From a bacterium (GTDB lineage Bacteria > RBG-13-61-14 > DATKZS01), in assembly GCA_046484135.1 (NCBI GenBank), contig JAWOBU010000070.1, forward strand, positions 1 to 16,404: a stretch of DNA of 16,404 nt, read 5' to 3'. The notes beneath the pieces were generated by a model, which saw nothing but the letters and a program-made list of their open reading frames with translations, searched no databases and was not told the origin of the DNA. Shown here piece after piece: positions 6,890-13,475 of the stretch. The first letter of the stretch is position 1, and the number at the start of each line of letters is the position of its first letter. Position numbers and translations under genes: made by a program.

Positions 6890-9643
6890 ATGGAAAAAGT
6901 CACAGAGAAGGCTTGGCACAGCCTTAAGGCGGAGGAAGTAGTCGCCGAGTTCGGCACGGACCCGGCAAAAGGCCTTTCCGAAAGAGAAGTATCCGAACGG
7001 ACCGAGCTTTACGGCGCGAACGAGCTCAGCCGTCAGAAGGGCCAGGGCCCGCTGGTCCGTTTTCTTCTCCAGTTCAACCAGCCTCTGATCATCATTCTGC
7101 TGGTTGCCACCGTGGTGACTTTTCTTTTACACGAGTACATAGACTCCGCCGTCATATTCGCCGTTGTTCTTGTCAACGCCTTTATCGGCTTTATCCAGGA
7201 GTCCAAGGCCTTGAAAGCCATCGAGGTCCTTGCCAAGTCCATGATCAGCGAGGTCACTGTCCTCCGCGACGGTGAAAAGCGCCGCGTTCCGTCCAGACAA
7301 CTCGTGCCGGGTGACATCGTTGTCCTTCAATCGGGCGACAAAGTACCTGCCGATTTGCGTCTTTTGAAGTCCCGGGAGATGCAGATAGACGAGAGCGCGC
7401 TGACCGGCGAAAGCGTCCCCGTCCAGAAAGAGGAGGCGGTGCTTGATTCGGACATGGAGCTCGGCGACCGGCGCAACATGGCCTACTCGTCAACGCTGGT
7501 CACCGCGGGCGGCGGCCAGGGCACAGTAGTTTCCACCGGCGACCAGACGGAGATCGGCCGCATCAACGAGCTCATCGCTTCCGCCGACGTTCTGGAGACG
7601 CCGCTTACGCTGAAAATCCATCATTTTTCGAAATTGCTTCTTTACGCCATCTTGGCCCTTGCCGCTCTGACCTTCATTATCGGCTTTTTGCGGGGCCAGG
7701 ACCTGATCGAGATGTTCATGGCGTCAGTGGCGCTGGCGGTGGGCGCCATCCCGGAGGGCCTTCCCGCGGCCATTACCATCATGCTCGCCATCGGCGTGTC
7801 GCGGATGGCCAAGCGCAACGCCATCATCCGGAAGCTTCCCGCGGTGGAGACGCTGGGCTCGACCATGGTGATCTGTTCGGACAAGACGGGCACCTTGACG
7901 CAGAACCAGATGACGGTGCAGGACATTGTGGCCGGGGGTCTCCGCTACACGGTGACTGGCGTGGGCTACGACCCGGAAGGGCAGATCGAGGAGAACGGCA
8001 ACAAGGTCGAGCTTTCATCGAACCTGGCACTGCAAGAGCTTTTGAAGGCCGGCGTACTCTGCAACGATTCCGTAATCCGAAAGACGGAGCAGGGCTGGCG
8101 GGTGGAAGGCGACCCCACCGAAGGCGGGCTGATCACCTCGGCCATGAAAGCGGGCTACGACCCCCGCAAGCTGGAAGAAGAAATGCCCCGCATAGACACC
8201 ATTCCCTTCGAGTCCAAACGCCAATACATGGCGACCCTCCACAGCCAGGGAGAAGGCAAGCCTCGCGTCATCTATGTTAAGGGGTCGGTAGAGAGCATTT
8301 GCGTAGAATGCAACGTTATCATGGGACCCGACGGCACGCCCGATTTTCCAGGCCATGATAAAGTCATGGAATGGGTCGAGTCCATGACCAACAAGGGCCT
8401 CCGGGTCCTGGCATTTGCCCGCAAAGAAGTGGAGCCCGACAAAGAACGGATATCTCATGAAGACGTGGAGCACGGCATCGAGTTTTTGGGACTGCAGGGC
8501 ATGATTGATCCTCCGCGCGCCGAGGCCATGGAGGCGGTCGAGGCCTCGCACCGGGCGGGTATCTCCGTCAAGATGATTACCGGCGACCACGCGGGCACGG
8601 CCGCGGCCATCGGCAAGCAGATGGGGCTTTGCGGCGAGACCTGTTCCGTTCACACCCGTGAAGTGGTCACCGGCAAGGACCTTGCTGCTTTCGACGACGA
8701 TGAAATGGAAAAAGAAGCCAACCGTACCGCGGTGTTCGCCCGGGTCTCTCCGGAACAGAAGCTTCGGTTGGTGGATGCCTTACAGAGAGGGGATTTCGTG
8801 GTGGCCATGACCGGCGACGGTGTGAACGACGCTCCTGCCCTTCGGCAGGCGAACATAGGCGTTGCCATGGGGATAACGGGCACCGAGGTGGCCAAGGAGG
8901 CCGCGGACATGGTGCTTACCGACGACAACTTCGCCACCATCAAGGCCGCGGTCGAGGAAGGCCGGGGCATTTTCGACAACCTTATCAAGTTCATTACCTG
9001 GACCCTTCCCACCAACGGCGGCGAAGGACTGGTTATATTGACGTCCATTCTTATCGGCTCGAGATTGCCCATCCTTCCTCTCCAGATACTGTGGATCAAT
9101 ATGACCACCGCCCTGCTTCTGGGGCTGATGCTGGCCTTCGAGCCCAAGGAGCCGGGCATAATGGAGCGGCATCCACGGGCCCCGAACATGCCTATCCTCA
9201 CCCGGCCGCTCGTCATAAGGATACTCATGGTCAGTCTGCTGCTGGTTATGGGGGCCTTCGGACTGTTTAAGCTGGAGATCATGTTAAGAGGAGAAAACGT
9301 GGAGCTGGCCCGGACTTTGGCGGTCAATGTTTTCGTGTTCGGCGAAATGTTTTATCTTTTCAACTGCCGCTCGATCACCCATCCTTTCTGGACGCTGGGA
9401 TTCTGGTCCAACCGGCTGTTGTGGCTCGGCGTACTTGTGATGGTGCTGCTTCAGTTGATTTATACTTACGTTCCGTTTTTCAACGAGCTCTTCCAGAGCG
9501 CGCCCCTGGGCCTCGCGGAATGGGGCCTGGTGCTGGGCAACAGCTTGTTGATCTTTATTGTGGTGGAGATAGAAAAAGCGATAAGACGCAAGTTCGGAAG
9601 CCACCCCTTGGGGCTGGACGAGACCGCGGTCTCTCCGGCTTGA
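6890..9643 (+). CDS. Cation-transporting P-type ATPase, type II (CtpF-like)
   Basis: TGES, PEGL, DKTGT, GDPTE, KGS, MITGD and TGDGVND motifs plus multiple hydrophobic segments. GGGAG SD at 6880-6884 favours ATG 6890 over GTG 6884. Confidence 0.96.
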   Translation: MEKVTEKAWHSLKAEEVVAEFGTDPAKGLSEREVSERTELYGANELSRQKGQGPLVRFLLQFNQPLIIILLVATVVTFLLHEYIDSAVIFAVVLVNAFIGFIQESKALKAIEVLAKSMISEVTVLRDGEKRRVPSRQLVPGDIVVLQSGDKVPADLRLLKSREMQIDESALTGESVPVQKEEAVLDSDMELGDRRNMAYSSTLVTAGGGQGTVVSTGDQTEIGRINELIASADVLETPLTLKIHHFSKLLLYAILALAALTFIIGFLRGQDLIEMFMASVALAVGAIPEGLPAAITIMLAIGVSRMAKRNAIIRKLPAVETLGSTMVICSDKTGTLTQNQMTVQDIVAGGLRYTVTGVGYDPEGQIEENGNKVELSSNLALQELLKAGVLCNDSVIRKTEQGWRVEGDPTEGGLITSAMKAGYDPRKLEEEMPRIDTIPFESKRQYMATLHSQGEGKPRVIYVKGSVESICVECNVIMGPDGTPDFPGHDKVMEWVESMTNKGLRVLAFARKEVEPDKERISHEDVEHGIEFLGLQGMIDPPRAEAMEAVEASHRAGISVKMITGDHAGTAAAIGKQMGLCGETCSVHTREVVTGKDLAAFDDDEMEKEANRTAVFARVSPEQKLRLVDALQRGDFVVAMTGDGVNDAPALRQANIGVAMGITGTEVAKEAADMVLTDDNFATIKAAVEEGRGIFDNLIKFITWTLPTNGGEGLVILTSILIGSRLPILPLQILWINMTTALLLGLMLAFEPKEPGIMERHPRAPNMPILTRPLVIRILMVSLLLVMGAFGLFKLEIMLRGENVELARTLAVNVFVFGEMFYLFNCRSITHPFWTLGFWSNRLLWLGVLVMVLLQLIYTYVPFFNELFQSAPLGLAEWGLVLGNSLLIFIVVEIEKAIRRKFGSHPLGLDETAVSPA

Positions 9644-9670
9644 AGGCAGCGGCGAGGTCAATGGGGCGGT

Positions 9671-9700
9671 TTGATTTTAATAAAGAAATTAATTTATAAT
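9671..9700 (+). promoter_or_regulatory. Putative sigma70 promoter for the usp gene
   Basis: TTGATT (9671-9676), 18-nt spacer, TATAAT (9695-9700), then an AAAGGAGG SD. The region is very AT-rich, so a chance match is possible. Confidence 0.55.
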
Positions 9701-9738
9701 TTACTTATTGTTTTGTTTTATGATTAAAGGAGGGTAGT

Positions 9739-10635
9739 ATGCGTAAGTACAATAAGATTCTCGTGGCCATGAAACTGGATGAAGAGGACTCTTCGGTGGT
9801 CAAGTATGCCGAAAGAATTTGCCGAATGGCGGACGCGGAAGAAATCCATTTATTTCATGTCACCGAAGAGTACGATATCCCCGATAAATGGTGCTCGGTC
9901 ATTGAAGATGATATGAACTGCGACACCATTAGATCAAAGATGCAGGAGCTCGTTAAAAACGCCGGCGCCGATTTCGGCAAGGCCCAGGTTTTTTACGAGG
10001 CCTCTGACGGAGACGAACTGCGGGACGCCTTGAAATATATTAAGGAAAAGGACATTGACCTGGTCATAACCCAAAAGGTCTGCGGCGGTTCCAAAATTCC
10101 TGAAAGGCTGGCCCGAAAAGCGCCATGCTCGGTCATATTCGCCCCACCTCATGTCTCGCCGACCTTTGAAAATATTTTCGTGGCCCTGGACTTCTCGAGC
10201 TACAGCAAGGAAGCACTCGAGCGGGCCATCGCTTTCGGCAAGGCCGCGGGCGCAAAGCAAATAACCCTCCTGCATGTCTTCGCCGTGCCCATCGGCTATT
10301 ATAAAAGCGGACACTCCCATGAAGAGTTCGCCGAGATTTTGAAAAACAACGCCCATGAAGAGTTCGAAAAACTGAAGAGCAGCATGGACAACGGCGGCAT
10401 GGAAATCAAGTTCATCGTCGAGATGAACGACCACCCTTACCGGGCCATTGTGGACACGGTCCATAACAAAGGCGCGGACCTTCTGGTGGTGGGGTCCCGA
10501 GGGAGGAGCAAGACCTCGGCCATTTTGCTGGGATCGGTCACGGAAAGAATCATCGAGATGTGCAACGTTCCCATCCTCACGGTGAAAAAGAAGGGACAAG
10601 GCATATCCATAATCGAAGCCATGTTCGGCATTTGA
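9739..10635 (+). CDS. Universal stress protein with tandem UspA domains
   Basis: Two domains starting KILVAM and NIFVALDFS. The second has an intact G-2x-G-9x-GS ATP motif (VVGSRGRSKTSAILLGSVTE); the first is degenerate. Confidence 0.95.
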   Translation: MRKYNKILVAMKLDEEDSSVVKYAERICRMADAEEIHLFHVTEEYDIPDKWCSVIEDDMNCDTIRSKMQELVKNAGADFGKAQVFYEASDGDELRDALKYIKEKDIDLVITQKVCGGSKIPERLARKAPCSVIFAPPHVSPTFENIFVALDFSSYSKEALERAIAFGKAAGAKQITLLHVFAVPIGYYKSGHSHEEFAEILKNNAHEEFEKLKSSMDNGGMEIKFIVEMNDHPYRAIVDTVHNKGADLLVVGSRGRSKTSAILLGSVTERIIEMCNVPILTVKKKGQGISIIEAMFGI

Positions 10636-10664
10636 TCCGCGCCGCAGAATCCCAAAACCATTGC

Positions 10665-10688
10665 GCGCGTCAATTTTCGCGCTTTTTT
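10665..10688 (+). terminator. Putative intrinsic terminator after usp
   Basis: GCGCG stem, 8-nt loop, CGCGC, then TTTTTT, about 30 nt after the stop codon. Confidence 0.5.
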
Positions 10689-10748
10689 GATCAGATCGGA
10701 GGGGCATCATACATAACTCATTCTTGTTGCAATGTTGCAATTTCAAGG

Positions 10749-10778
10749 TTGACAACCCGATTTGGGTTTCGTTATAAT
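10749..10778 (+). promoter_or_regulatory. Sigma70 promoter with both consensus hexamers
   Basis: TTGACA (10749-10754), 18-nt spacer, TATAAT (10773-10778), upstream of an AAGGAGG SD and ATG 10831. Confidence 0.8.
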
Positions 10779-10830
10779 AACTCCTCAAATTCGTCGGAGT
10801 CTTTTCTTGTATATATAAGGAGGAGATACA

Positions 10831-11118
10831 ATGAAGGAAAAGCGGGAAGAAGAAAGAAAGCCTACAGAGGCCCAGGGAGCTTTCCTTCAGGACGGTGTCA
10901 TCACCAAGATCAAAATCCGGGACAAGAATACCCGCGGGCTGGGCGTCTATTGCCTGGAAGGCTTCAAGCCGGGCCAGCAGGGGGTTGTCTTCACTTCGTG
11001 GACCGGGTCCTCCGGTCCGGTGGAAGAGGTCCCGGCCGAGGTCTGCTGGTGCATGTCCGATCCCATGGCCGCGGACCCGTCATATCCTTACCGGATGGGT
11101 CTTCGCATCCTGGCGTAA
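10831..11118 (+). CDS. Small stand-alone PilZ-domain-like protein
   Basis: 95 aa; RxxxR (REEER), DKNTRG resembling D/NxSxxG, AEVCWC and YRMGLRI strands typical of PilZ barrels; strong SD and promoter. Confidence 0.75.
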   Translation: MKEKREEERKPTEAQGAFLQDGVITKIKIRDKNTRGLGVYCLEGFKPGQQGVVFTSWTGSSGPVEEVPAEVCWCMSDPMAADPSYPYRMGLRILA

Positions 11119-11200
11119 CATCGGCTGTTTAACATCCGCGCTTTTTCCGACTGACCTCGGATGGGGTTTAGCCGCCATAAAAGTGTTTTTCGTGTCGGAG

Positions 11201-11356
11201 CCTCTTGCAAAATTCCGAATTCTTGTGGCGGGAGCGAACTCCCTGTCTGCGTGCGGAACGCACAGGCAGGCTGCTCGCGATTATCCGGGCCGGGAAGCAT
11301 AACCGGATCGAGACCAGCAGGTCTCTCCCGCCAAACCTCACGGGTTTTGCAGGAGG
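11201..11356. mobile_element. Non-coding REPIN/MITE-like nested inverted-repeat element
   Basis: Terminal IR CCTCTTGCAAAA / TTTTGCAGGAGG (11/12 match), inner inverted 26-nt REP-like pair, central ATCCGG/CCGGAT hairpin; sits between convergent genes. Confidence 0.65.
11242..11270. repeat. 29-nt palindrome CCTGTCTGCGTGCGGAACGCACAGGCAGG inserted in a REP arm
   Basis: Forms its own hairpin; removing it restores an ungapped 26-nt match to the opposite REP arm. Confidence 0.75.
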
Positions 11357-11361
11357 GGGGA

Positions 11362-13320
11362 TCAGTTTTTGGGGTTCGAGTCATAAGACGGTGAGCTTTC
11401 CGCGCCGAGTTCGTTTTTTATCCTTTGGGCGTCGCTTGCTGATATGTTGGGGACTGCCGCGATTTCTTCCAGGGAGGCTTTTTTTACCGCGGCCACACCT
11501 CCCAGGTGCTTTATGAGTGCGGCGGCTTTTTTCCTGCCGATGCCGGAAATGTCTTCGAGTGAGGACCGGCGGACTTTTTCTCCTCTTATCTTTTTATGAT
11601 AGGACACCGCGAAGCGGTGGGCCTCGTCTCGGACCTGCTGGAGCAGAAAGAGGGCGGCGGTGCCCGGTTTTATGTAGACGGGGTCCTTGACGCCGGGAAT
11701 GTAGACCTTTTCGGTCTTTCTTTTTTGATCGTCTTTTTCCGCGGGTGTCTCACGGTCCTTGGCCAGCCCGGCGGCATCCATGTTTTTGATGCCGAGCTCG
11801 TCGAGCACTGCTCGGGCCACGTTCAGTTGCCCCTTTCCTCCGTCCACCACCAGTAGGTCCGGCAGGCCCTGTCCTTCGTCGAGCGCTCTTTTGAACCTTC
11901 GGGTAAGGACTTCCCGCATCATGCCGTAGTCGTCCGTTCCCTCCACCGTTTTGATGCGATACCTGCGGTAGCCGGACTTGTCCGGCTCGCCGTCCTTGAA
12001 CTTTACCATGGAGCCCACTGCGTTCCTGCCTCCGGTCAGGGAGATGTCCACGCACTCGATCCAGCGCGGCTCGCGGGACAGCCGCAAGCGGGCTTGCAGC
12101 TCTACGACCGCCCGGCGCCGGTCTTCTCCTTTCTCCGCTTCCTGCTTCAAGGTCTCGGCCGCGTTTTTTATCGCCATGTCCACGAGTTTTCTGTCTTCAC
12201 CCCTCTGGGGTACGCGGATGGTGCATTTTCTGCCGGTCTCTTTGCTGAAGGTCTGACGGAGCAGGTCTGCGTCCTCCGGCATTACCGATACCAGGAGCTC
12301 GGGCGGGGGATTGCCTTTCTCCGGGTAAAGCTGGGAGAGAAAGGAGGAGAGGGCCTCCTCGTCCGGTATATTGACCCGGACGAAGTTGTGGGACCGGCTG
12401 GAAAGAAGCACGCCCGCCCGAAACCCGAGCCGATGAATCACCAGCCGGTCGCCCTCCCGGAATACACCTATCACGTCCCGGTCCCGGGGACGGACCGAGT
12501 CCACCTTCTGGCGCTCGAGGGTCTTTTCGATGGCGTCAATACGGTCTCGAAGAAGAGCCGCCCTTTCAAAGTCCTCGGCGCGGGCTGCCTTTTGCATCTG
12601 CTCCCGCAGATTTTTTACCAGGTTGGCCCGGTCCCCCTTCAGGAACTCGACCACCTGGCCCACGATCTTCCCGTACTCGTCTTTGCTGATCATGCCGGCG
12701 CATGGTCCCGTGCACTTTCCGATCTGGTAGTTCAGGCAGGGCCTCTCTCTTTTTTTCAATGCTGCGGACTTGCATCTTCGGAGGGGGAATATCTCCCGCA
12801 CGGTCCGGAGGGTCTCCTTTACCGCGGCGCTGGATGAGAACGGTCCAAGGAGGATGTCGTCTCCTCCTTTTTTCGGCCGCCTGGTCAACATGAGCCTGGG
12901 GAAGTCCTCATTGGTAGTAAGTCGCAGATGGAAGTAGGTCTTGTCGTCGCGGAGCCTGATGTTGTAGCGCGGCTTGTGTTTCTTGATCAGGTTGTTCTCG
13001 AGGATGACGGCTTCTGCATCGGTGTCGGTGATGATGTAATCGAGCTGTCGGATGCGGCTTTGCAGGAACCGGACGTGGTATCGGTTGTCCGCGTTCTCGC
13101 GGGTATAAGCGCGGACGCGGGCGCGGAGGTTCTTGGCCTTTCCCACGTAGATGACGCGGCCTTCGGAGTCGCGGAAGATATAAGCGCCGGGCGCGGCAGG
13201 CAGCTCCCGGGCCTTTTCTTCCCAGTCGGTGTGGTCCTGCTTGTCCGGGGCTGAGCCGTTTTCCTGCTCTTCCCCTTTTCCTTCGGGACCAAGAGGCGGG
13301 TTTTTATTTTCATGGTCCAT
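11362..13320 (-). CDS. uvrC: Excinuclease ABC subunit C
   Basis: GIY-YIG domain (PGAYIF...IYVGKAKNLR), PRYNIRLRDDK, four-Cys cluster, UVR coil, RNase H-like ECVDIS and DGGKGQ, RDEAHRFA, C-terminal HhH. The exact start is uncertain because no clear SD is present. Confidence 0.98.
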   Translation of the reverse strand: MDHENKNPPLGPEGKGEEQENGSAPDKQDHTDWEEKARELPAAPGAYIFRDSEGRVIYVGKAKNLRARVRAYTRENADNRYHVRFLQSRIRQLDYIITDTDAEAVILENNLIKKHKPRYNIRLRDDKTYFHLRLTTNEDFPRLMLTRRPKKGGDDILLGPFSSSAAVKETLRTVREIFPLRRCKSAALKKRERPCLNYQIGKCTGPCAGMISKDEYGKIVGQVVEFLKGDRANLVKNLREQMQKAARAEDFERAALLRDRIDAIEKTLERQKVDSVRPRDRDVIGVFREGDRLVIHRLGFRAGVLLSSRSHNFVRVNIPDEEALSSFLSQLYPEKGNPPPELLVSVMPEDADLLRQTFSKETGRKCTIRVPQRGEDRKLVDMAIKNAAETLKQEAEKGEDRRRAVVELQARLRLSREPRWIECVDISLTGGRNAVGSMVKFKDGEPDKSGYRRYRIKTVEGTDDYGMMREVLTRRFKRALDEGQGLPDLLVVDGGKGQLNVARAVLDELGIKNMDAAGLAKDRETPAEKDDQKRKTEKVYIPGVKDPVYIKPGTAALFLLQQVRDEAHRFAVSYHKKIRGEKVRRSSLEDISGIGRKKAAALIKHLGGVAAVKKASLEEIAAVPNISASDAQRIKNELGAESSPSYDSNPKN

Positions 13321-13475
13321 CCATTTTTATGATAAACCATGTTGCGGTGGCTTGTAAGACATGCCGTACGGTTAAGGGAGGATGATTACAGGGAAGCTCA
13401 GGCAGGACTCAGGGGGTTTGCTTCTGGAGCGGAGATCAACGGAGGATGGGGACAACAGTAGATTTGGGATGGCGC

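Noticed and set aside
10740..10753. ATTTCAAGGTTGAC resembles the 5' side of the candidate riboswitch (ATTTCAAGGGTGAT)
   Set aside because: No matching 3' GTCGNGCC segment or closing stem follows, and the sequence is explained by the -35 promoter box.
10780..10825. CTCCTC anti-SD and ACTCC/GGAGT hairpin in the PilZ-like gene leader
   Set aside because: The 5' arm lies mostly upstream of the start site predicted from the -10 box, so it would not be in the transcript.
11164..11176. GGGTTTAGCCGCC as a fourth 22-nt REP copy
   Set aside because: Only the 3' half (TTTAGCCGC) matches; the stem and head are absent.
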